64,000 nucleotides of DNA from Octopus sinensis (lineage: Eukaryota), in assembly GCF_006345805.1 (NCBI RefSeq), contig NC_043002.1, positions 45,322,001 to 45,386,000 on the forward strand. The letters are read 5' to 3'. Below the pieces are notes generated by a model. The model did no database searches, was not told the DNA's origin, and saw only the letters and a program-made list of their open reading frames with translations. How positions within the stretch are numbered: the first letter of the stretch is position 1; each line of letters starts with the position of its first letter. Of this stretch, positions 14,007 to 25,850 are shown one piece after another. The position numbers were made by a program, and so were the translations under genes.

Positions 14007-14567
14007 GGCAGTGTTCAGTAAGAGAAAATGTAATACTAAAGATATGTATTACGAATAAACTATTAAAAAATATACAGATATAATACTTCCATATGCTGGA
14101 CATTAGCAGAATAATCTATCCTGCTTAACGTTCTGTTGCTTGAAGATTATCCATATCTATGAAACGATAATGGTGGTGGAGATGCTGCTGCTGATGATGA
14201 TGATGAGGAGGAGGAGGAGGAGGAGGACGACGACGGTGATGTTTATCACAACATGAACTCTGGTTGAACAGACTTATGAACATTTAAGATGTTACAGGGG
14301 TAACCATCCCGTTTTGTTCTTTGTTTTACTCGTTTAGCTTATTTTTACATAATTTATCTATGACTTCAATCTCTGATGTACATCCCCCCCCACACACACA
14401 CCTTTTTTTAGGATGGTAAAGTTTGATTTAAAGGAAATTTGGTTGCAATTTCTTGCAGGTCGAACAACCACTTAGAGCATCTCTCGCTGGCCCGTTTGTA
14501 AAAATGGTGTCTTAAAGAGGTTTACGTAATACCTATAAGGGACAACAGAGATTTAGTTTTACATTTA

Positions 14568-14640
14568 CGAGGGAGTGCTGAAAAGTTCCTGGCTTTAAGA
14601 CTATCACGAAAGGCCTGGCTGGAGGCCCAACCTTCCGTAC
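14568..14640 (+). mobile_element. Truncated mariner-type MITE (left end only)
   Basis: TA followed by CGAGGGAGTGCTGAAAAGTTCCTGGC, the same TIR as the complete copy at 51429-51642. Confidence 0.75.
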
Positions 14641-15200
14641 TGGGCTCAAGTAGTGAAAGGAGCATTCGTAGATTCTTAGGCAACTTCAATTGCCGTATAG
14701 AGTAGAATGTCTGACATTTCGGGTAATTTCCATTCAACAGAGAATAGGTGAAAAACTCTGATTTCTTTATTACCCATAAATGTTTGACGAAGATAAGAGA
14801 CAAACAACACATTGGGGACATAAAACACAAAAAAAAACATGATAAAAATGAGAGGGTGAAAATGAAAGATGAAAGCGATGTTTCCCGCCCCATCGGATAA
14901 CATCGCTTACCTGTCCTCTTTTCCTCTTCTTACATTCTTCTGACAAATACATAGTCTCTTAATTTCACCCCGTACCGCTTTTCCAGTTCTTTTTTCTCAT
15001 CCAAGTCTATCACTTTTTTTATTGACCCAAAAACATTAATCACTTCATCTTCAAATTCTCTTACTTGTTCTACCGTAAAAAGCACCTCCATACACCTCTC
15101 CTCATCCCAACTATCCGGCAGTTCAACTTCACCCCAGAACAGAGAATAGGTGAAAGACTCTTTTGCCTTACTGACGGCACAGGAAATTAAATGCAGCACA

Positions 15201-15407
15201 AATATTGATTTCCAGTTTTGGGCACAAAGCCAGCAATTCGGGAATGAGTGAGTCGATTAAGTCGACCACCACCACCCCCAGTACTCAACCGGTACTTATT
15301 TTGCAACATCGAAAAGATGAAAGGCAAAGTCACCCTCGGAGGAATTTGAACTCAGAACGTAAAGACGGACGAAATGGCGCTAAACATATTGCCCACCTCG
15401 CCGCCTT
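15201..15407 (-). mobile_element. SINE family A
   Basis: Similar to 16986-17198. Confidence 0.8.
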
Positions 15408-15794
15408 TTGCAGTACAATTATTAACATAAGTATACTTCTTAAGACATTGGAGGTATATTTCCTAAATTGAATTGAATGACAGCTTTAAACTTAATAAGT
15501 ATTATCATTCATTGATAGTTACATTTGATTAAGGAAAGTGAGTTTATTCATCAAGCTTGAATGAAATGAAGAATTGTTCGTTTCGGTTGACTATGGTAGT
15601 GTTCTGTTGAGCAAGAAAGTATTTTAGAAAACGCCATAAACAAACGAACAACATAAAAACAAAGTTAATGTGCATGTTTCACGCTGGAATGAAGGAAGTT
15701 CAATGATGTTCTTACGCTTCTAAAACGTAAAAACATCGCTGGGTTTTCATCATTCTAACGTGAAACTATTATAACATATTAACTTTGTATTTCG

Positions 15795-15894
15795 AGTAAA
15801 GATTATTTGCCAACCTAATGTGGCAGTCCCGGTTGCTACAGTAGCATTCATCCCAACCGGGACTGCCATATTAGATTGGTAAATAATCTTTACT
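15795..15894. repeat. 100-bp inverted repeat (collapsed MITE-like hairpin)
   Basis: 41-bp arms at 15795-15835 and 15854-15894 with 3 mismatches; 18-nt loop. Confidence 0.85.
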
Positions 15895-16985
15895 TTAAAG
15901 TACTGCTAATGAATATCTCCCATTGAGAGATTTAGGAACAATAATGTTTCTCTTTTGTATTTCAGTTGTACATTTGTGTGTTGTTTTCAAAATATTGTTG
16001 TGTTTAGGAAGAATCATAATTTATGAAGCTTATAAACAACCGGTTATTGCTTGTCTATGTTTCACTTCACCTTCTTTTACAAAGCAGTTGATGTTTGTTT
16101 ATGACCCGAAGAAATATTTTTCACTACACCTATCTCTAGATTTCTCAATGGACATACATCTATTTTCTTTTAAACGCTTGGTTTTTAGTTTTTAATGGAT
16201 TTTCTGGTGTCGTTAAATCTCACAAAAACACCGAGCTAAAAACACTCAAATATACAATACAAAGAAGACATTCTATACTGGGATTAGTCAACAAGATAAA
16301 AAAAAAGCAGTTCAACTCCATAAAATTAAAACTATTCTTATTTCACTGGAGATTCTTTTATGTTATTTAACTTCGCTTGCCTAGAGGGCGAATCTGTTGA
16401 TTCCCAATTTGTTTGGGTTTTTTTTAATTATAGTTTTCGAAAATCTTTGATCGTTCTTCCAAAAAATTCGAGGTATGACAGTTTTGTGAAAAAGTACTAT
16501 TTTTTTCTCTACCATTTGGATTTAGCAATCTGTATTGTATATTAATTACTATGTTGCTAATGGAGTGGTTACTAATGGTGTAATAACTTGGAAAATTGTA
16601 TTTGATTCTAGTAATTGATTTATCATTAGTTCGTAAGTGAAATAGGTTATTTCTATTGCTGTCTGAACATAAAATAATTCTTTCTAATTTTGGCACAAGG
16701 CCAGAAATTCTTGAGAGGAGGGGCATGCCGGTTGCATCAATCTTAGTACTTGGCTGGTACTTTATTTTATCGACCACGAAAGAATCAAAGTCAATGTTAG
16801 ACTGGGCGGTATTTGAACGTAAAGAGCCGGAAGAAATACCGCAAAATATTTTGTCCGAAGATCTAACGATTCTGGTAGCTCGCCACTTTAGTCAAACACA
16901 AAATAATAATGCTTAAAAGCAGTTTTTATTTTTTGTCTTCTTTGTCAGTTGTTTTATTGTAATAGAAGTATAAACTCAAGTTACT

Positions 16986-17198
16986 TTTCTACTCTAGGCA
17001 CAAGGCCCGAAATTTGGTGGGAGGAGACCAGTCGATTAGATCGACCCCAGTATGCAACTGGTACTTAATTTATCGACCCCGAAATGATGAAAGGCAAAGT
17101 CGACCTCGGTGAAATTTGAACTCAGAACGTAAAAACAGACGAAATACTGCTAAGCATTTCGCCCGGCGTGCTAACGTTTTCTACCAGCTCGCCGCCTT
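16986..17198 (-). mobile_element. SINE family A, near full length
   Basis: Reverse complement of the family A head and core. Confidence 0.9.
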
Positions 17199-17394
17199 AT
17201 AAACACAAATTGCTGAACAAAACAAATAGGAGCAACTTTACTTTCAAAAAGTTGCCAGGGAGTAAATGTAGATAGAATGAAAACGGCTAGAACGCCTTGT
17301 ACTTTTCATTTTTTTTCTTTTGTTGAATTGTTTTTTGGAGATTTTTGTTTGACATTTCATTTTCCAGTTGCTTTAATTTTCATTTCTTTAATTT

Positions 17395-17662
17395 CCGATT
17401 TCCAGTGGTGCGTTGTGTCCTTGAGTAAGACACTTTATTTCACGTTGTTACAGTCCACTCAGCTGGAAAAACTGAACAGTACCTGTAACTCAAAGGGCCA
17501 ACCTTATCACATTCCGTGTCACGCTAAATCTCTCTGAGAACTAAGGTACGGGTACGCGTGTCTGTGGAGTGCTCACCTACTTTGCACGTTAATTTCACGA
17601 GCAGGTTGTTCCGTTGATCGGATATTAACTGGAAACCTTGTCGTCGTAACCGACGGTGTGCC
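17395..17662 (+). mobile_element. SINE family C, head-truncated
   Basis: TTGTGTCCTTGAGTAAGACAC...CCACTCAGCTG central domain, with a tail shared with 39695-40012 and 50239-50620. Confidence 0.8.
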
Positions 17663-18964
17663 AGACAAAATTTTCATTTGATTTCGTATTTTGGAGCAAT
17701 GTTACTTTGTTATCACATATACCGCAGACACCACATCAACACACACATACACAAACATTCACACACACAACTTTTACTTTCTAATATCAAATGTTCGATA
17801 AATGTATTTTTTCTAGAAGAGGACTATCATAATTTTATTGAGTTATTGCTTCGCATACTGTCATATTCCCTAGCAACGAAAATACAAGTAGAAGTTTGGG
17901 TTTAAACCATTTAACTACTGGAATCAAGTCCACTCAAAATTCCATTTCCCTTAGCCGCGGAAAGCAGTTTCAGGTACCAATTTATCTTTTGTAGAGGAAT
18001 GTCATGTATGAATTTATTTTCTGTTGAGATATGTCAAGTTTATTGAGGCAACATGACTTGCAGAAAATACCAATTCTATTTTTTTTTCTTTTTTGTTAGT
18101 AGATATTTAGCATCATTACCGAAATAGACATGAAATTTGTTTCTGCGATGTAGGGTTAAAATATGCTAAAGGTTGACAGAAGATGCGGTCTCCTTTTATA
18201 AATCTATCTTAGAAACCGAATGTTGTAAACAACGATTCTTATGTGATATGATGTTCAAATAGTTTAAATTTATGTTTAAATTTAACCAAACAGGTTCAAA
18301 ATAAGAGCTCACTGAAACCCCTTTTGATGACGGTGAAACTTCAGATGACTAGATTATAGCTCTCATTAATAGAGTTAACTGCCTCATCTAACTACCAAAT
18401 TGTCAATCAGCTATTGTCCTCTCTCACCTCTTACCACTTCTCTTTTGTGCAAGAATTCTACCGTCTTTCAAACTCTCTATAGTAATTAACTATGCATTAA
18501 GAATTTTCTGATATATCCTCTTGTTTTGAATATATCTAGAATAACTAAGTTAAACTCTAAGTTGTAATCTTGTCTGAATTTTCAATGTCCCTCTACAGCC
18601 ATTGATCGCTGAACTTTGAATATCATTTAAAATATTTGTTGGTAAATATTGATAATATATGTACAGAACCACGTCTTGTTCTCGTTAGCGAAATTAATAA
18701 ATATTGGGTAAATGTAAGCGAAAACTTCTTCATGTGTATCAACTACTATGATGATTGACTGTTATTTCTAGCACATATTTTTCTACCCAACTTTTACTTT
18801 GTAAACGATAACAATATCACCACTTATTGCTTCGCTAAAATACCCTTTGAAAAACACAAGTTGCCTTCTTGTACAAATGATTCATAGTCAAAAGACTATT
18901 TCCAAAGATATTAACCCAATTTTCCATTCTACGACACTCTTCATTTTGCTGGTTATCAGAAAAA

Positions 18965-19135
18965 TGGCAGCTGGTAGAATCGTTAGGAGTCGGACAAAAT
19001 GCTTAACGGTATTTCTCCCGGTTCTATTCTGTGCTCAAATACCGAGGTTAGCTCTACCTTTCGGGATCGTTAAAATAAATAGCAGCTAAACACTGGGGCC
19101 GATATAAAAGTGCTGGCCTTGTTCCAAATTTTGAA
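18965..19135 (+). mobile_element. SINE family A, highly diverged
   Basis: GCAGCTGGTAGAATCGTTAG...AAATGCTTAACGGTATTT head. Confidence 0.6.
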
Positions 19136-19759
19136 ATTATTATATAACAGTTTGTTTTTTTTCTTTTTTCCGTGAGCAGAAGTTGTTAGCCTTTCGTTCA
19201 ACACTTAGTGATATCCCACGACCATTTCACGATGCAAAGTAGTCGATTCTCATAGTGAAAGGGAGGAAGAAGTTTCGCTTCAAATACTTCACTGGTGCTT
19301 TATATATTGACCACGAAAGGATGAAAAATAAAGCTGACTTTATTTAGGATTTGAGCTCCAAGCTAGAACACATAGATCTGAAAAAAATCTGCAAAACCTT
19401 TTTACTGACACTCTGAAAGCTCTGCTAATTCAACACCTATGTAAAAATATAAGATGATCGTGGCTAGAATGCCTTTAATCATATAAGCTTCTTCAATCAA
19501 GACTGACCTGGGATTAAATAGTATTATAACGTAGGAAGATGTTCTAAGGTGAAAGTTTGGGGTAAAAGGGGTTAATGCTGGGCATTGGGTAGCGATTACG
19601 TGAGTAACGAACTAATTTATCAGTAATATTTATTGAATAGCGGTTCTTTTTACTGAGCCCATCAATATAATTTTATGTATATTTTTTTCTCGAGCCTTAG
19701 TAATCATAAGGCCAGTTATCCTGTTTCCATGGCGTTTAAGTGACCAAGATCACAATATT

Positions 19760-20933
19760 CCGGTTTGATGCAGGGTTCGAGGTCATCAGTTTTTGAAAGG
19801 GAGAGCAAGTCGATTACATCGATCCCAGTGCTCCACTGGCACTTATTTTATTGACCCCCAAAGGACAAATGACGAAGTAAAGCCCGGCGGAATTTGAACT
19901 TAGAACGATGGAAGAAATGCTGCAAAGCATTTTGTCCGGTGCAGTAACAATTCTGCCAGCTTGCCACCAAATTAATTTTAAATATTGGCTTCAAATTTTA
20001 GCACATGGTCAACAATTTCGAAATAGAAGGTAAGTCGATTACATCAACCCAAGTGCTCAACTGGTACTTATTTCATTAACCCCGAAAGGATGAAAGACAA
20101 AGTCAACCTCTGCTGGATTTGAGCACAGAACGTCAGAAGCAATGGTACCAAACATTTTGTCCGGCACTGTAACGATTCTGCCAGCTTACCGCCCAATTAA
20201 TTTAAAATATTATTTTCTACTCAAGTCACAATGCCCGAAATTCTTGGGGAGACCAGTCGATTAGATCTTCCCCAGTACGCAACTGGTACTTAATTTATCG
20301 ACCCCGAAAGGATGAAAGGTAAAGTCGGAATTTGAACTCAGAACGTAGCGACAGACGAAATACCTATTTTTTTTTACTCCCTCCAAGGGGCTAAACACAG
20401 AGACGACAAACAAGGACAGACAAACGGATTAAGTCGATTATATCGACCCCAGTGCGTAACTGGTACTTAATTTATCGACCCCGAAAGGATGAAAGGTAAA
20501 GTCGGAATTTGAACTCAGAACGTAGCGACAGACGAAATACCTATTTTTTTTTACTCCCTCCAAGGGGCTAAACACAGAGACGACAAACAAGGACAGACAA
20601 ACGGATTAAGTCGATTATATCGACCCCAGTGCGTAACTGGTACTTAATTTATCGACCCCGAAAGGATGAAATGCAAAGTCGACCTCGGCAGAATTTGAAC
20701 TCAGAACGTAACGGCAAACGAAATACCTATTTCTTTACTACCCACAAGGGGCTAAACACAGAGGGCACAAACAAGGACAGACAAACGGATTAAGTCGATT
20801 ATATCGACCCCAGTGCGTAAATGGTACTTATTTAATCGACCCCGAAAGGATGAAAGGCAAAGTCGACCCCGGCAAACGAAATACCGCTAAGCATTTCGCC
20901 CAGCGTGCTAATGTTTCTGCCAGCTCGCCGCCT
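19760..20933 (-). mobile_element. Head-to-tail cluster of six family A SINE bodies, including a 177-bp tandem duplication
   Basis: Units at about 19760-19969 and 19987-20194, then a multimer at 20212-20933 with AACTGGTACT-like anchors at 20281, 20458, 20635 and 20819. Confidence 0.9.
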
Positions 20934-21610
20934 ATTAATTTAAAATATTGAAATGGTTTGAAGCAAGAATGGAAGCTCGCTCACGGTTACCGAGAACTTA
21001 CTATATTTGCCAGTAATGTCAATAATTCTTTCTTAGATGCTTTTATGTACAGAATTAACTTGAACTTAGACATTCGGGCCATTTCGTAAAGCATAACTAC
21101 CTTTCTTGAGTCACCACTTCTACTGAATCCTCTGATCACTCACCCCCTCTCTCGCCCAGCTGTCCTTCCCTTATCTCCTCTTGCCCTTCCCCTGTTTGAA
21201 CACTCCCCCACCACTGAACCACCTACCTCCTCATTCTACCTGCTTTTGCTCACCTTCGTCTTCTTCCATTCTAACCTTAAATTTTCTCTCAATGATGTAA
21301 ACTGCTATTTGCCGATCTTTCCACCATAACGAAGGAGGCCGGTATTACGGTAATGTTTATATGCATCCTTTCCTAGTTGCGTATCCTTGAATTTTTGGCA
21401 TACCCCCATCTGCCAATTATTAACATTACAACTATTACGTAATTCTGAACCCCTAGAAACAGCTGCCGGGCTTAAAATATCATGCCATCTCCCCTTTTCT
21501 GAATTTTTTGTACGCCATGTAAATGTATTTATTTTGTAAATATATGAATGTCTATATGTTTAAACATGAATGTTCACCTTCTGAATATTTACCGGTTTTG
21601 TTTCTTTCTG

Positions 21611-21719
<109 letters not shown>

Positions 21720-21799
21720 TTATTTATTTATTTATTTACATGCATGAATGAATATTTTATATATCAAATCCAAGCGTTTTTATCTGCATCACTATTTGT

Positions 21800-22015
21800 G
21801 TGTGTGTGTGTATGTCTACGTGTATGTGTGTGTACTGCTTTACAACAGGTGTTGGCAACCTAGCTGTTCGGCAAAATAGACCGATAGAATACCAGACTTT
21901 AAAAAAAACTAAAGACTCGGCTCCATTTGTTCGACTAAACCTTTCAAGGCGGTATCCCAGTATGGCCGCAGTTCAGTGACTAAAACAAGTAAAAAAAAAA
22001 AGATAAAGATTAAGT
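21800..22015 (+). mobile_element. SINE family B 3' half
   Basis: (TG)n, then GTTCGGCAAAATAGACCGATAGAATA...AAACAAGTAAAA. Confidence 0.75.
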
Positions 22016-22305
22016 CTACAACGCATCCTATGCAACAACGCACTGATAACTGCCGATTCTATGGTAGCGAAAGGTTAAACGGGTAATTTAATTGAACCTG
22101 GGAAGAAGCGATAGGAAAACTAGACAAACTAATAAAGTCTCTAAGAACAGAGGCCGTTGTAGTAACTAACAGTAGAATAGAAAAAGAGCGGAAAGAACGC
22201 ATCTGTGACATAGACATTGCAGTGAATTGAAGAGTGAGTCTTTGTCAATCGACAGTATGAATGCCTTCTATTTTTTTCTTTTACTTTTTTTCTTTTTTTT
22301 TTCAG

Positions 22306-22400
22306 CCTGTGGTGACCGTGGATGTGACAATGTTTCTGTACAAAATGTAAGATCTGTATGCCATTGTGAACCTAAGTTCAGTTTTATAGGCTGTCGACAG
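22306..22400 (+). CDS. Candidate exon encoding most of an EGF-like module; gene unknown
   Basis: Long polypyrimidine tract plus CAG at 22305. The frame (x)CGDRGCDNVSVQNVRSVCHCEPKFSFIGC has C-x4-C-x11-C-x-C-x8-C. There is an alternative GTAAGA donor at 22347. The 3' end is uncertain. Confidence 0.35.
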
Positions 22401-23114
22401 CTGATGAGAGTGTATTACATGATCTTGAAGAGGAAGGCTAGTCTTTCTGACATAGTGTTTGCATAGTTATGCATATGAAATTGCCGAGAGAGATCATTAG
22501 AGAATGTAAGGTTTTAGCAAATCATGAACATCAGATCTTACTATAAAGCTCACCTCTCAAAGCTCTCCAGTCTTCACTCTTCTGTAAAAATGAAATAGTT
22601 ATTTTCATAGTTGTTGCAATTTGAGTTGCAAACGTTAAATTTTCTTTCCAAATCCGAGGAAAATTTGATAAATAACTAAATAACAAAAATACAAAACTAA
22701 ATTTAAAATATCATTGACAAACCTGATCAAAAATGTCACGAAAGGGGAGAAAAGCACTCGAAAGCATCATCACTTGACATCATTAATTTTTTTTTTAAAT
22801 AATAATAATAATAATATTCATACACGTAACATTCATAACATCCGAAGACTCACCAAACATGGTCTTTTTTAATTGGGCGTGCTTGTCACATTGCATGTGC
22901 GCGTGTATTCTACGATTCTGTTTTTGTGTGTGTGTGTGTATGTGTGTGTGTATGTGTGTGTGTGTATGTGTGTGTGTGTGTGTTCTTGTGTGCGTGCGTG
23001 CGTGCATGCGTTCTTAAGTTGAGAGTTTCTCCATAAGGCATTTTTTAACGTAGATTTTTTTGTAGATGGCTTAGGCAGAAAACTGTCAACTTAAGTTTAC
23101 GATATAAAAACACA

Positions 23115-23137
23115 CACAAATATAGATAGATAGATAT

Positions 23138-23219
<82 letters not shown>

Positions 23220-23380
23220 GATAGACAGATAGACAGATATGCTTACAATTTTCTCTGTACACATATATACACACGTTGTCACACATACGTACAGATTACT
23301 CATATATGTAGTATATATATATACGTGTATATATATATATATATATATACGTACATATATATATATACATATATAAATGC

Positions 23381-23425
<45 letters not shown>

Positions 23426-23502
23426 TATACGTACATATATATATATACATATATAAATGCGTATATATATAATATATATATATATGTATATATATATATA
23501 CG

Positions 23503-23533
<31 letters not shown>

Positions 23534-23573
23534 TTATATATATGTATATATACGCATATGTATATATACGTAT

Positions 23574-23659
<86 letters not shown>

Positions 23660-23660
23660 G
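23115..23660. repeat. Compound microsatellite (GATA)n-(TA)n-like-(GATA)n
   Basis: Visible directly; source of the 206-aa pseudo-ORF at 23097-23717. Confidence 0.97.
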
Positions 23661-24491
23661 CACAGAAATGTCAGCGAAAGAGGAAATGAGTACTGAGTAC
23701 ATGTAGTATTTATTCATTTATTTATTTAAGCTAAATTTCTTGTTCTTGCTACTTGAGTTTCACGGCCCTGTGATCTTGCCCGAAGATTACAGCTACAAGA
23801 ATCTCGAGTCATGAAAAAAATAAAGCTTATGCACATATATGTATGCAGAGATAGAGCTGGGAGAAGGAAAGAGAGATTTTTAATTATATTTATATCTGAT
23901 ATTTAGTGTGTATGTGTGTATGCCCATGTGTGTATGTATAAATATATATAGTATATTTAAGCACACATACACACATGTATGTACATATGTATGTGTATTA
24001 TATATATATATATATATATAATATATATTATATATATATATTATATTATATTATATTATATTATATTATATATCAATTTATTTCTATCTTTTCTCAAAAA
24101 TTCGATGTCGCTAACTTCTCATATTTGTGCATAGTTGCGGGTGCGCGTCATGCACACCTACACATTATTCATACGTAGATGTTGGCAGATATAAAGATTT
24201 GCAAACATACTTGATGATGATGGCTAGCTACTTGTGTCCACTGCGAGCTAAATTCAGCAATTCATATTCAGAAGTTTTAAGTTCAATAAGGCATGCACAA
24301 CATCTCATAGAAACGCCTCACCTCCTTGTCATGATCCAGAGACAAGAAGTCTGGTTTCCATAAATGTTGCACAGTAAGGCGTATGGTAACCTTCCTTGCA
24401 TCTCACTACCACAACTTATGAAGGGGAAACCCCCGACAGCACAGCAATAAGGCTAGATGTGCACTGGCACTGGTATAAAGAAATGAAACTA

Positions 24492-25057
24492 TTGGGTTGT
24501 CCGGAAAGTTCGTTCCGATTTATAGTAGCTTACATTTCGACTTATTTTAGAACATGGTTGAGTCCATAAAATAGGATTTGACTACGCCTCCATTTAGAGC
24601 ACAGTTTAAGCTATCTTTTCGTGGGAAAAGGTTTATGTTCCTTTTACCTGTGTTAATTCTGTGTCCCTTTAAAATGTAAGATAAGAAAGTTCATTTTCAG
24701 CACTTGATGCTTTGGGAACCAGACAAGAATTGCTGCAGCTCGGCTGGGATGTGTTACCCCACCCGCCATATTCACCAGATGCTACTCCTTCGGATTTCCA
24801 CTTATTCAGGTCTCTGCAGAATAGTCTTAATGATAAAAATTTCAATTCCTTGGATGACGTAAAAAGATACCTTGATGAATTCGTTGCCATAAAACTACCT
24901 CAATTCTGGGAAGAGGATATTTTCAAGTTAAAGGAAAGATGGAGACGCATTGTGCAACAAAATGGTTCATATTTGGTTGATTAAAAATGTAATGGCAAGT
25001 ATTTATTGACCTTTTCCTTTCCTTTAAAAATCGGCACGAACTTTCTGGACAACCCAA
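24492..25057 (+). mobile_element. Internally deleted mariner transposon retaining the transposase C-terminus
   Basis: ~30-bp TIRs (TTGGGTTGTCCGGAAAGTTCGTTCCGATTT / AAATCGGCACGAACTTTCTGGACAACCCAA), TA on the left. ORF LQLGWDVLPHPPYSPDATPSDFHLFRSLQN...ERWRRIVQQNGSY contains the YSPDL-type motif and third catalytic Asp of D,D34D mariners. Confidence 0.93.
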
Positions 25058-25289
25058 AAGTATTAATAGTCCACCAACATATAAACAAGAAACATGGTCT
25101 ACAAAACAAGATAGAGGTATACATTTTTTTATCACGTTACAACATATTAAGCATCTAAGCTATGGGATAGCATACTTTTCCAATGTACCTCCCAGTGTAA
25201 TCAATCCCAGAATCTCGTGATTGATAAACGTTTTATTCCTTCAAGTATGCGTCAATTATTGAAGGTTTTTACAGATTTACCTGCAGATT

Positions 25290-25705
25290 TAGGCGCAGGA
25301 GTGGCTGTTTGGTAAGTAGCTTGCTAACCAACCACATGGTTCCGGGTTCAGTCCCACTGCGTGGCACCTTGGGCAAGTGTCTTCTGCTATAGCCCCGGGC
25401 CGACCAATGCCTTGTGAGTGGATTTGGTAGACGGAAACTGAAAGAAGCCTGTCGTATATATGTATATATATATGTGTGTGAATATGTTTGTGTGTCTGTG
25501 TTTGTTCCCCTAGCATTGCTTGACAACCGATGCTGGTGTGTTTACGTCCCCGTCACTTAGCGGTTCGGCAAAAGAGACCGATAGAATAAGTACTGGGCTT
25601 ACAAAGAATAAGTCCCGGGGTCGATTTGCTCGACTAAAGGCGGTGCTCCAGCATGGCCGCAGTCAAATGACTGAAACAAGTAAAAAGAGTAAAGAGTAAA
25701 GAGTA
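25290..25705 (+). mobile_element. SINE family B, young full-length copy with a short internal microsatellite
   Basis: Nearly identical to 58421-58967 outside the microsatellite. Confidence 0.92.
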
Positions 25706-25740
25706 TCTGAACAAAAGACGGAATGGTCATGACATCATCA

Positions 25741-25789
25741 TGGTGGTGGTGGTGGTGGTGGCGGCGGCGGCGGCGGCAGCAACAGTAGC

Positions 25790-25839
<50 letters not shown>

Positions 25840-25850
25840 AAGTAGTAGTA
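25741..25850. repeat. Compound trinucleotide microsatellite (GGT)n(GGC)n(AGT)n
   Basis: Visible directly. Confidence 0.95.

Noticed and set aside
20212-20933. CRISPR-like or satellite array
   Set aside because: Units are 177-184-bp SINE bodies without unique spacers, and the DNA is animal with no cas genes.
23097-23717. 206-aa ORF, the longest in the track
   Set aside because: It is a translation of (GATA)n/(TA)n microsatellite (IYLS and YI repeats) with no protein signal. The same applies to the many YIYI, HTHT and CVCV ORFs.
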